DNA of 64,000 nt from Rhodosorus marinus CCMP1338 (lineage: Eukaryota > Plantae > Rhodophyta), in the NCBI GenBank assembly GCA_029953675.1, contig JAMWBK010000002.1:1240001-1304000 (forward strand), written 5' to 3'. This document shows positions 38,801-49,423 of this stretch, in pieces. The translations under genes and the position numbers were made by a program. The notes under the pieces are model-generated. The model had not been told where the DNA came from and did no database searches. It saw only the letters and a program-made list of their open reading frames with translations. Each line of letters begins with the position of its first letter. The first letter of the stretch is position 1.

Positions 38801-39112
38801 TACCTTGAATTTCAAGTCTTCGCCGACGACGGTAAGAATACAGGCATGGCAGCGCGTCAAGTTCGACCGGAAACTGCCGCTGTTACTGTGACCACGATGC
38901 CACCAGGTGCTGTGGTTGGAGTAGATTCCTTATCTGGCCCATCTCCGCTGAGGTCCATTGTTTTAGTCAAAGCAAGGTTCACAATCAATGCGTCGAAGCG
39001 GTCGGGTAACAGACAATTCAAATTTTGGGATGACAACAAGAAGCAGCCGGCGGACCGTGAGTTGTTGTTCAACAAACCTGGGCCGAGAAAATACAACGCT
39101 GTGTACAAGTAA
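35831..39112 (+). CDS. Secreted multidomain PQQ-dependent sugar dehydrogenase-like protein (GSDH propeller, Big_5, NPCBM, Big_5, degenerate NPCBM, C-terminal beta domains), 1093 aa, intronless
   Basis: Signal peptide MKLLYVVGALLVLVLNNARG. GSDH motifs HNHGG, LFVGLGDG, SGLRNPFR, NFGWPCLEG, GPDGHLYY. Big_5 motifs PVVSRVSP..ITFSK and PKVVKITP..FSEPM..TDLSGNSL. NPCBM motifs YISDL..GETYRKGLGT..FQSYVGVDD..WGDAQF. Confidence 0.9.
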   Translation: MKLLYVVGALLVLVLNNARGQVIDRDNILHELVIEGEGFRSPLDFDWIPGNVERIIICEKRGLIHLAVNGVLQSKPFLDIQNKVMSDSGRGLMACLIDVDFKKQPYLYVSYTDSRISDNPNGPQTGIVSRFKVNAQITGASGEVVIAGKSTTGKNGCGGKESIGKKDIICNDANMHNHGGLTMNPQGELFVGLGDGADPPVFDDLPIRAVDLDWTVGKVLCIQRNGNACKGNPFQKGNDFKSNRAKVWNSGLRNPFRVNWDPVLKIPLIAHVGFASFESIFAGTKGKNFGWPCLEGPKTNIKANKYDECKDIAKGKTKAGGGSLWDYDHDLGTSVTGVARLSSNKWPNSLKNMIAVCDYTKSWIKLIKTNKNGIQGKPEDLMSDVLGPVQLKQGPDGHLYYISIIAQKIFRIRYQLDKSRPVVSRVSPPQKATNVETTVRVGITFSKKIKTNSINAKNIKLQQSNNKKVVNAKLDWEAGTNTVYVEPRSPLNKNAPYVILVSGIVDTQGRKMRGSFKSPFKTGEGFSLYISDLKFQKATNGIKAPVLRDKQQFQPAQNVIPPLSLRGETYRKGLGTVAESVVTVKLPAGCKRFQSYVGVDDFRRNFDSGEMIFTVEGKGKKGTERLYRNNEVVTKTDPALYIDVDVSGFETVSFISGKTKKGGAASAVGTWGDAQFRCGSYDKAEPKVVKITPASSVGVNQEIIVLFSEPMEIQSTIEATTLHLPVESGGYGYDLGVQIEFNNKQTFMTVKPSMPLNFDTEYVLSIGKGATDLSGNSLKSNTEKKIRTRKEGTSGQKIGLTELKAKNVKPPRNFSKGAKDTVELQPNVAVDYLVPGNCGSFSFDMSAKQGGQNMRLSVSADGKVLCGSGPVNAGQTKRVKCDVLGQNDVTLRLTGNGGVAVLSNAEFNCAQGARLPRCEFGKLPNKFVVGQRICYSATCYDFKGNQIPKNKMLFLTQLVHCQKDCHFHEEQTVENATGGCYKAPDHGDYYYLEFQVFADDGKNTGMAARQVRPETAAVTVTTMPPGAVVGVDSLSGPSPLRSIVLVKARFTINASKRSGNRQFKFWDDNKKQPADRELLFNKPGPRKYNAVYK

Positions 39113-39772
39113 CTACCGAAGGCGAATCAACCGATATGATTTTGCGGCAGAGGTGCTTTCCAAGTTGCAAACAAATTTACCTAAAGCAGTGGCGTGAGAT
39201 CTAGGCCAAATCTGCTGCGCGTCGTGGAACTGATTCTCAGTAAAGAAGATCGATACGATATAGTCGTGCGCAATCTCTGTCCGATATTGCTCAGCAGCTT
39301 TTGCAACTGTGACGCCGATCCGGGAAGGCCAAAAAGGGATATTCTCAAAGCCGACGCATTTCGGTTTTTTCAATTTTTGTCCGTCCATGCGAAGCAACGC
39401 GTATGCCATGCCCGATAAAAGATTTTGCAGTCACGCGCGCCGTAAACACAGCAAAACAATTGCCAGCTCGAGTCCCCAAAGAAAGTCCTTGTATTCCTTG
39501 CTACTCAGCTACGATGCGAGTGATCAACAGAGCTCGTTGAGTTCTTAGGAGCCGGCGGTCGTCACACCCAAGTCATGTGCAGCTGACTTAAGAAGGAATC
39601 GGACCAAGGACCTGCCCTTCGATTCGTTTCCGGGCGGCGAAGACCGCTGACTCTGATATCAGCAAAATATAACAGGTAATTAGGGCTGTCACCGTCTGAT
39701 CAATCTTCAAGTGGACAGACTGTTGAAAAAAAGTAGAAAAGTATGGAGTGCGGTGGCAAGGACTTGGAGTTT

Positions 39773-39808
39773 AAACGCTGTGGCTGCTTTAGCCACAGCG
39801 TTTTTTTT
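39773..39808 (+). other. Intrinsic-terminator-like hairpin followed by T8
   Basis: AAACGCTGTGGCT-gcttt-AGCCACAGCGTTT is a 13-bp perfect stem that runs into T 39801-39808. The function is unknown in a eukaryote. Confidence 0.5.
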
Positions 39809-39830
39809 CACCTGTGTTGTTTCCTCAGAG

Positions 39831-39931
39831 TAGGGTTGTGCCAAGTGGGTCGGGTTTTTCGCTGTAGACCCCTCTAACCCCCCCCCTGGGTCGTAAACAG
39901 CGAAAAACCCGATCCACTTGGCACAACCCTA
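39831..39931. mobile_element. 101-bp MITE, probably hAT-type
   Basis: 35-bp TIRs TAGGGTTGTGCCAAGTGGGTCGGGTTTTTCGCTGT (39831-39865 and 39897-39931, 1 mismatch), flanked by direct repeat CTCAGAG (39824-39830 and 39932-39938). Confidence 0.8.
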
Positions 39932-40436
39932 CTCAGAGTGTGCGTACTCTCGGATGATTTGGCAGAAGCACGTTCACTGACCTGGGAGACATCCTGGCTT
40001 TAGCCTAGGCAAATCCACCAAACCAGGCGAACCTTGGTTTCTAGGGAATAGGATCCCTATTATCATCGCACTCAACTCCCAATCGCTCAAGTATACAGCA
40101 GAGCAAGCGGATCATAACCACTCTTTCTGTCTCTCAAACCACTGACCGCAAATCCTCGACGAAAGCAACAACACACTCACACGCTCCTCTTCGTGCCGCA
40201 CTCGCCAATGCCCACAAAATGCTCACTATCTCAAACATATAATAAAAATCAAAAAATACAATTTTCTTATAGACCGCAAGCCAAACCACAAACTTCTCAC
40301 CACGAAACTACTCAGAATAGGTTTTTGAAGAATAAAGTTTTTAAAATACATTTGTTTCGCATTGCCCGATGACGAAACGGTACAAAAGCGGTGGTGAGTT
40401 TGTGTGCAACGGCCTTGGGACAGTTGGGGATGGCAT

Positions 40437-40484
40437 AGAGAGAGAGAGAGAGAGGAGAGAGAGGGAGGAGAGGGAGAGAGAGGG
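40437..40484. repeat. Imperfect (GA)n purine microsatellite in a 5' leader
   Basis: agagagagagagagagaggagagagagggaggagagggagagagaggg. Confidence 0.9.
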
Positions 40485-40557
40485 TTTTGTTACATTTCAG
40501 TCCTAGGATTTGAAGCGATTTCGTTCACCTGTTTTGTTGCTTTTGGAAGAGGGAGAA

Positions 40558-41255
40558 ATGATGGATACTTGTTTTGTGTTGAGTGGTTTGAAGTTGGGTC
40601 GCGGGGTTGGAGTTGGGAGTAGGGCGATGGGTAGTAGGAGCGTTGGAGTGAGGGTTGGTAGGTTTAGGATGGCAATTGAAGGTGGTGAGCAGGCTGATAA
40701 GTCTAAGGTGGCTGAGCTTGAGGATCTGGCAAGGATTGAGGGGAAGCTTGGGAGGGAAGTGATGACGGCCGATGATGTCGTTTTGTTGAGGGATGAGGGC
40801 GTGAAGGAGTACAATAGTATGTATATGGAACGAAGTGCGATCGCCTTTGAAGAGATTTGAGCTGATCTTGTTCTTTTCTCACGCGTTTAGAATCTCTCCT
40901 TCAGTTGCTCGGAGATACGGCTTTTCTCGGGCTCTTGGGAGGCGCCGTAATATCTTTCTTCTATCCGTTCAACACGGCACTATCGTTTGAGATGGGAAGT
41001 CTTGGATCGGTGTTGTACGTTTTCCTACTTTCAAGGACTGTGGACCGTCTCGCGGTTAAGGCTCGGGAAGGAGCACGTGGTTCTGACATCTTGGGCCCCG
41101 CGAGGTTCTTCGTTCTGGCAGGGATCATTATCTGGCTCGCGAAAAACCAGGACCGAACAGGCCTCCCCGTCATTCCCGCAATCCTAGGATTCCTGTCCTA
41201 CAAAATAGCACTTTTGCTTCCCCTTCTGAACGGGAAGGAAGCGATTGACATCTAG
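40558..41255 (+). CDS. Plastid ATP synthase assembly protein (cyanobacterial Atp1/UncI, CGL160-like), 2 exons
   Basis: A transit peptide (MMDTCFVLSGLKLGRG...RFRMA) precedes intron 40817-40890. The four hydrophobic segments end in LPVIPAILGFLSYKIALL, matching the Atp1 motif lPiflGFltYKa. Confidence 0.8.
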
Positions 41256-41500
41256 AAAGGTATCCGCGATATGTGCCACTTGGTAGACAATCTCGTGGCA
41301 AAAACAGACTCGTTCCTCTTTCATTTTTGCTCGGACAATACTCAAAAATGAGGAAGAACCCGTCTGCTAACTTCCTTAAACTCGGATGTACAAAAACAGA
41401 AGCAAATTCAATTAAATTAACTTCCTTCCCAATTGAGATGGAATGATGACCAGATTAGCCACCACCCCAAGCTCCCCGTGGAAAGCAAGCTGTACACGAA

Positions 41501-43529
41501 CTACCACCTCAGAGTGTTTTTGTTTCGTCTGATGTATTCATCAAGTTGATTCCAAAACTCTAGACAGACTTTCACATCTTCGTGTCGACGATTTCGATCA
41601 ATGGGAATATACTTGACGTTCCATCCCTTCACGGCGCCATCCACTTTATCCCCAAAGTAGTGAAAGAAAAACCCTTGCATTTTACCGAGGATCTGCGGTG
41701 GGGTTCTTCCCATTTCCGGGGGGAATCCCTGAAAACAAACAACCAAGGAACAGGACAACCGGTTTAACACCTTGTTGAGCCAGAAGATCAACTCAGAGAG
41801 CGAACGTAGAAGTTTCCACAATGTGAAAGAGTCCGGGAAAAAACGAAGAAACAACGCATCGCCATGGTCTCCCCATTCTAGTAGAGGTTTTGGATCCATA
41901 GGTAGCGAGACCCGGCACTCCTATGGATACCAACAACAGAACCAAAGACGAATGCATTCGAGGATCAAGCTAGTCTATCAAAAAACGCTGTCGATGCTCG
42001 TGATCTGTTGGCCAAATTCGAAGCGGTAATCGGATATGCGAAGATGGAGAAGCATCACAGCACACGAAAAGCCCTCGATACATCTATCATGGAAAATTCC
42101 TGGGTGGGACTGGGCTTCTGCGAAATGCTTCGGTAACGTACCTTGAACTGCCATTCAGCACCAGAGCATATTACAGCGACAACTCGATCCCAATCGCTTG
42201 CGCTCAACTGGCGTATGTTTGCAACAAGAAGATAATCTACTGTTTCTCCGGTTCTCCGGCTGTTTCTCTGATGTTTGACCTGGTTCCATTCCAAAAAAGT
42301 TTCATGGCCACGTGAGTCACGGTGAGGAGAAAGGCATTTTACGCTTTGAGGCAAGCGACACGGTTCTTGTGGTGAAGTTACCTGAGACCCCGTTGGGGCT
42401 TTTCCTTCCTTTACAATATCCATCGCGGGTCTGAAAATCTTCTCCCGAAGCAGCAACGGGAAGTTGGCAAGGTTGACAAGAGACGACATGTCTCTCGCCC
42501 CGGGCACGATAATAATCGGGGTTCGATTGGTGGAAACGCGTGGCCTTTTCGCCGGATCCTCTGGTACAGCGCTACTGTTTGGTGGACGAACAGATCCAAA
42601 GTTTGTGCCCGATCCAGGTCCCCGAGTTGCAGCTGTTGGAGCTGAGCTAGGGGCCTTGGGTCCCATCTTTTTGAAGGTACCGGAAGGATCAATACCAAGT
42701 TCATTCAGATCGGTACCCATCTCTTCCCTGTAGAATCTCGCGTTGTCAACACGGTATCGATCTCCTCTGGGATCAATGGTCTTGGCGGCAGCTTCCCTAT
42801 AAGGACATCGAGAAAAAATGCAACAAAAAGGTCCACGTATCTGAGATATTCGTAGTCGATTCCGATGATACCGGAAGGACAAGAATGCTGGCATTACCTT
42901 TCCTCGAAAGCAGCTCTTCTGGCATCCTCCAACTTCTTCACACAGTTGGCTAGAGGCTCGAGTACATGCTTGAAGGATCTCGCCTCGATAACTAGCATCG
43001 AGTCTCGTGTTCTGAGGACCTTTTCTCTGGACATGATCTCCATCAGATCTCTCTCGATGTCTTCTGCGGTAGCAATCGCCGCGCCCTTGGCGGTCTCTAC
43101 TGTACCATCCTCCTTTTTCAATGTCTTGGATCCACCAATTTGAGCAATCTCAGAAGCCTTTCCAAGCAAATAATCCAACACATCCCGCTTGTCAATGATC
43201 TGGACCCTCTCTATTCCTTCTTTTTTACATTCTTCATAGTATGCACGCATAGGAAGGTCCTTCTTCATAAGGAGAAACCATAGTGAATCCAGTCCGTACT
43301 GTTCTCGACCCCTTCCCTTACTAGTCAATCCCTAACCAATCCGTACAAAACCCAGGACAGGGTAAGCAGTCAAAGAAAGAAAACAACCGAGTGCTGAAAC
43401 AGCTACGAAACTCACCGTTCTCGCTGTTCGGGCAAGTCGTTTTCCATTCGAGAAAACAAGCTCATCTCCTTCAAGAACCACTGGATCTTTGTTGATACTG
43501 GCCTCCCTCAATAGCTGTACTGCTTCCAT
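41501..43529 (-). CDS. CDC73: Parafibromin / Cdc73, PAF1 complex subunit (multi-exon)
   Basis: MEAVQLLRE..., IIDKRDVLDYLLG, SREKVLRTRDSML, TPIIIVP, DWDRVVAVICSGAEWQFK, VKGWNVKYIPIDRNRRHED..FWNQLDEYI. Confidence 0.93.
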
Positions 43530-43564
43530 AGTTATTTATCTATCCAGCTTTTTCGTCTTGTCTT

Positions 43565-44480
43565 CTACTCTCCTACCCTGTGCACTCTCTTTTCTGTAAA
43601 TTCTGACCTCACCAAAGCTTCTTTAAACACTTCGTTCCAGGAACTATTTGACCCGCACCAAGCATGCCCTACCAAGTTTCCCTCACCGTTAGAGGCCTGA
43701 TCTTTCCAACGCTGAAGCTCAAGCTTCTTCAAAAGCTCACGAAGTCTACGAAGTGGGCTTTCCCAATCCTTGTTTTTCAACTTAATGTGCGGCCTGTTCT
43801 CATCGACTCGCGCTTCCTTTGCAGATACCAATCAGCAAGGCTTCCTCGATCAACAGTCTTCAGGAAACTCGGTCAAAACCGGGGTCAAACCGAGAAAATG
43901 AACGCCGCCTTCCTCAACTTCAAAGATTCCATTCTTCCCCAACCAAAACATATATCTCTGACCTCACCGCCCGGTGCCATCCTTCCTGCTCCGGAATCCA
44001 CTTCACCGAATTCGATCCTTACAATGCCAGCTTTCTTCGAAAGCCTCCTGAACGTAACGTCCAAGAGCTTGCTCAGAGCTCTAGAAACCGGCGGAGGTAG
44101 CGCGGCCAGGCTTGAACACTGAAGGTGGACAAAGTTCTGACTGCGTACGAAACTCACAAGCGAAGGAGGCGCAAAAACTAAGCTCAGCCAGCAGAGTACT
44201 AAGAGCGACATAGCTTCACGCCGGACAAACTTGTGAACACGAAAACCACTATTGGATCGTGTTCCGTCCTAACTTTTCCAGATGCCTGAGACTCTCGAGC
44301 GATGAAAGGCTGAACCCATTTGTACTTCAAGAAGACCAACTGCATCTTCTCGACACCCACGGCTGCCACGGGCCTACCTCGTTTAATTCTATGTTGGAGC
44401 GCTTTGGAAGCGTGCTGAAGTGATTTTCAGTCAAGAGTCAGCCGGTCTCGGATGAGCTCCATTGATAGTTGGGACGTTTC
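43565..44480 (-). CDS. Hypothetical multi-exon protein immediately upstream of CDC73
   Basis: In-frame GT-AG joins give ..QPFIARESQASGK|FVRREAMSLLVLCWLSLVFAPPSL|CSSLAALPPPVSRAL...MAPG|..ENRPHIKLKNKDWESPLRRLRELL... No family was recognised and the start is not certain. Confidence 0.5.
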
Positions 44481-44938
44481 GTAATGCTCTGTGTAGAACT
44501 TCAATGTAAGTTTCTCAATTTTTAATCACATGTTTTTACTATCCTGCCGTTGGAATCATCTTGGCTTTCTGACTTGATATTCATAAGCCAAAGGGTTCGT
44601 TTCTGATCTTTACAAAGCTAGTGTCCGCCGTGGCGCAAATTAATTTGATGCTGTTCAGTGATATCCGTATCAAGATCTACTCCCCTGGCCCCTACGACTC
44701 AGTTAGCCACGTACAAATGGCAATCTAGTGTATATACATATAAAAGCCGTCACTTCTCAGCAGTAGCTTTCGGAGCAAAACACGGAGCGAGGTTCCCGTC
44801 TTCACAACGCTGTGAAAAGTGGTCCACAGTGTGCCGAGGAAGTCTGGACCGCAACCGTTTACGCTTGTCAGTTAGCCACTATCCCACCGCTGGAAGGTTT
44901 CTCGAACTGGTGCCTTCTCTCTTTGTGTTGCCCTGGAC

Positions 44939-47207
44939 TCAATGAAGTTCCTCCCGTATGAAAGCGCTCGTCTGTGTCTGCATTAGCCGCCTGTAAATTG
45001 ACTCATCGCCTTGTCGCATCAACTGTCTGTGTGATCCCTCCTCCACGACCTTGCCATCATGGACGACGCAGATTTTATCTGCAGAAAGTATCGTGCTCAA
45101 GCGATGGGCGATAACAAGCGCAGTTCTTCCGTCCATCAACCGGTTGAGAGCGTCCTGAACGAGCTTCTCCGACTGCGCGTCAAGAGCAGACGTGGCCTCG
45201 TCAAGTATCAGAATTGGCGCATCCTTTAGAACAGCTCTTGCGATAGCTATCCTCTGTCGCTGTCCCCCAGAAAGTCCTCCTCCTCTCTCGCCAAGAACAG
45301 TCTCGATGCCGTCCGGTAATTCCTGAATGAACTCCTCTGCGTTTGCAAACTTAATCGCCCTCATCAATTCATCCTCGGAAATGGTCCTGTTCCGGACGCC
45401 GTAGCAAATGTTCTCGCGTATGGAACCGGCAAACAGCATAGGATTCTGGCTCACAAGCGCCACTTGATCAACATACCAATCCTTTTCAAGGTCATTCACA
45501 TTCGCACCGTCCAGAGTTATAGTACCCTCCTGCGGTTTGTAAAACCTTGAGAGCAGCGCAACTGAAGTACTCTTGCCTGTAAATCGAGGGAACGCGACGA
45601 GAAAGGATGAGTCATTGGGACGCGAAGGGTATCCATAAACTGAGGAAGCCTTTCCAACACATAGATCAACTAGATCATCAAGACGAACACCGTACCTGCA
45701 CCACTGGGCCCAACAAGGGCAGTCACCTTATGCGGCTCGAGATTTACCGAGAAGTCCTTGAGAACAAACTTTTGAGGCCTTGTCGGGTAGGCAAACGATA
45801 TGTTTCGGAAGAGTACTGTGCCGGAAACTTTGGGCAGTTTCTTCACACCCGTGGGTTCATCTGCGGACGCGTTGGATCCGAGAATGTTTGACAAGCGTTC
45901 GAGAGTTCCGCGGCCTCTGCCAACGTCCGCAGCTGTATAGGAGATACCTTGCACAGCAAAGCTCAGCATGTAAACGTAGCCAATGAACGAGATGAACCTC
46001 GTTGCCTGGAGTTGGCCCGCCATAACCAGAAAGCCAGAGGCAATGGCAATGGTCAATAGAGTCGAATAAATGGCGAACCGATTTGCAGCCTCTACACCGC
46101 TCTTCAGCTGACCAATCTGCAGGCTGACTTTCCCCGCCTCCCCAAGGATTGATTCCAGAGCGGCAGACTCTTTCTCCTCACCGCCGAACGATTTCACGGT
46201 CCGAACCCCAGAGAACACTTCAGCAACCTTGCTCGTCACCGCCGCAAACGCCACACTCTCACTCATCGCCAGCTTGCCCAGTTTCTTCCCTAGCGTGGTT
46301 ACGATTGTCGCTGCTATGGGGACAATGACACAGAAGACTATAGCAATCTTGGGTTGGATACATGTAAGCATCACAACTACACCGATCGCCTCTAGCACCG
46401 CCCGAACCCCTCTGTCTCTGCCCAAATTGTTCCATACCATATCTCGAATCTCTCCAACGTCCTTTGCAACGGCGGATGTCAGTTCCCCAGAGGAATGCGT
46501 ATCGAAGAACTCGATTTCCTGCGAGACGCGATAAACGAGAAAAAGCGAAACCTTCAGAGTCAAAATTTCAACATCCGTCTTGGAAAAGACCAAACGAAGT
46601 AGCTGCGTTTTCATGTTTTCGCCATAGAGGCGGAGCCCCTCCGAGCTCCCTAGTGGGAGTTGATGCGATGCCCGCTGGATATCAGTGAAGTAATGGTACA
46701 TACCCGATTGAGAATATCGCGGAAAATCCGTTTCTTGGTACTTAGAATAATTTCCTCCGTAACTCTGCACACGGTTCGGACCCAAACGATGGTCGCCAGG
46801 GGCTCTATTATGTACAGCGCTGCGACCCTAACGACGCTGCGAAGCAGCCTCTCGTGTCCACCGGGCTGACCAGCCTCCAGTGACAAGATCGTACGGGTGA
46901 CCTCGGCGAATGCCAGGGGCATGCAAATAGCAGCTCCAGTTGCTGTCAGCACTGCAATCACACAAATTGCAGCTCTACGCCACTCGCGCCGCACAGCGTC
47001 CCACAAACCCGACGAAGCAGGTACGATAGGCGATGGTTCGGGCTCCTTGTAAACGGTAGGACGGACCTGTACAGGCTGAATTACGCTGGCAGATGCCTTT
47101 ATGACTCCTCGCACACGAGGTCGTACACTCACTCTCTGACAAGCGCCTGGCCTTGTCCCCACCGGAATCGGGGTCCAGCCACCTCCAACAAAGCCATTCA
47201 TACTCAT
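44939..47207 (-). CDS. ABCB28: Plastid ABC half-transporter, ABCB subfamily (Arabidopsis ABCB28-like)
   Basis: Transit peptide; EFFDTHSSGELT..NNLGRDRGVRAVLE; FSGVRTVKSFGGE; FIGYVYMLSFAVQG; Walker A GPSGAGK(S); LSGGQRQRIAIARA; ILDEATSALD; IAHRLST. Confidence 0.9.
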
Positions 47208-48395
47208 ATCGATATCAGACAATTCTAGAAACAACTCCTTTGCAAAAAGACCTCTCCAACCCTAAGCCTCAAGCCTCAGCGCGGCTCTACCCTCAAGCTC
47301 TTCTACCCATAGAAATCAATCGCCCCACGCACTATCTCACTACACCATCTCAAGGGATCAACCCAAACCAAATCAGAAAACAACCCAGGTAAACCCTCAG
47401 TTTAATACACACAGCAAACACTCCACGCTTGGAAGAAGCTTGCCCACAGAGCTACATTCCCATCGAGCAATATAGTAGTTCCGCGTCAGAAAGAACCAAG
47501 CTTACGAGGCCAACTACGTCCGTAAACCTCCTCGACAAACAACGCAAAAGAAAAATCGAATCGCAGAATTGTTTCAGAGAGAACACAACTAAAAGCAGTT
47601 TGGAAGTAGCTCATTAGTTGCTTCCCCTCTGCCTTTGTGTTTTTTCCCTACGGCCAACCAGTCCTCACACGTGCAAACCTTCTAGGCCAATGTGTCTAGC
47701 TCAGCACTACCGCAACATTGGTATGGGGGGGTTGGTCCTCCGCCAAGATATCGGAAGAGTTTCTGACCTCACAGGGTTTCGTCCTTGACGAAGGGACATC
47801 CATTCAGTATCCCTCCATCTACCCCCCTCCCGCAAGTATCAAGTCCAACCTAAATTTATTCAAATTATAGATATGAAGGGGTTTTGTTTTGGATTCTATA
47901 GGGGGTAGATGAATTGCATATGGATTAATCTCTTATCGAAAAGATTGAATTGAAAATGGGATTAAATCTTCTGGGCTTGGTGGAAGGTCCTCAGTACACA
48001 GCCATTTCCTAGGTCGGTATACTGGTATTGCAATGTACGCTGGGGTGGAAAACAAGCTATTCACCGGAGTTTGATTGATGCCTTTCAAGCACGGGGAGAA
48101 ACGAGCAACCTGAAGCATTTGGTCCCGCATGCTAGGCTGCAGCCTTTTGGATTGTCGTGAGATTCTATGTGCGAAAGGGGGGGAACAGAAGCTGTGCAAC
48201 CTATTATAGCCGTGACAGGATTGTCACTAGTGAGCGTTCGATACTCTTAAAACTTTCTCAGCTCCAGCCCGTGGGAAAAGAGCCACGCACAAAACCGTGA
48301 TAAGTCTAATTTCCGATTTACCACATAAATATCCCCTCAAAAATAACTTACTGGACAGATCATGTACAACAATACTGTATCAAACTCCCCGCTTC

Positions 48396-49423
48396 TCATG
48401 CCGCTGCTACTGGAACGTTGGCAGATTCACGCCTCAGATTGGTCGCTTGCCAGGCAGTAGTCAGAGAGGATATACATTGGCTGGCAATATGAATAGACTT
48501 GGCATCATAAGAATGATGTCGGTTGTCAAAGAAACACATTACCGCCACGACCTCAGTTCCTAGAATGACTGGAACACCGAATCCTGACACAATACCAGAT
48601 CTATCGCGAAAACCGCATTCATACGTTAGCGACTACACCACTGAAGATCACGAAACCTGATGAAGTACCCCGGTTTCGGTGCTTACCTGAAAGCCATGTC
48701 GGCTCTAGTGCTACTCCGACTATCAGTAGCGCAACCCATCCATTCCACAGAACCCGTCCTCCAAATTCTTCCCGGCATGCACTCCTTGTCGACTATAAAC
48801 AATTGCCGAGAGTAATTGGAAAACTTCCTAAGTCCCACTTCATCACCTGTCACGATACTGTGGCTCATCTCCAGGACTGCATTTCGATCATCAGCACTGT
48901 ACGAGAGTAAACAAAATTCGTCACACCGAGTAAGCACTAATTCAGGTGCGTTCCCCGGCAAGCAGGTCTCAATCTTCGCAGTTTGTGCAATTCTACTCTT
49001 CTTCCTAGAGTCTACTCACCATTCCTTTGCCGAGCTCCATAGCTCCGCATACCTCCATCCGTTCTTGGTGGTAAAGGCTTTCATGAACGAGTCCAGTACT
49101 TCCAGAAGAGATTTTCTGGATCTGACAAGCGCGGCGCTAGTGCCCATAAGCTTCCTTCTCGCCTCTGGGCCAGCCATGGTCAAGTCCAAAACATCTGCCA
49201 GCTGCTTCTCACTGGTAACCTCGGCATGTTTTAATTGCTCAACAATAATCCCCTTTGCAACTTCTTGTACCTCCACCGAGGAGGTTGTTACCGTCGACAT
49301 GGGCGACATGGTTTCGGTCCCATATGACTCCAAACCCTTCATTCTCAACTTTCCACTTCCGTACAGAAGACTCGACTTTGCGAGACTAGTTTCCGACGAA
49401 CTCATCATCATATCGATAGACAT
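48396..49423 (-). CDS. GAF-domain protein (GAF_2-like), about 3 exons
   Basis: NGWRYAELW, FSNYSRQLF...MPGRIWRTGSVEW..., GFGVPVILGTEVVAVMCFFD. No output domain is visible before the stop at 48396. Confidence 0.7.

Noticed and set aside
35825-38891. Many antisense or overlapping ORFs in the supplied track over the large genes (also over URB2, ABCB28 and the retroelements)
   Set aside because: These are shadow frames of real coding sequence with no independent motifs.
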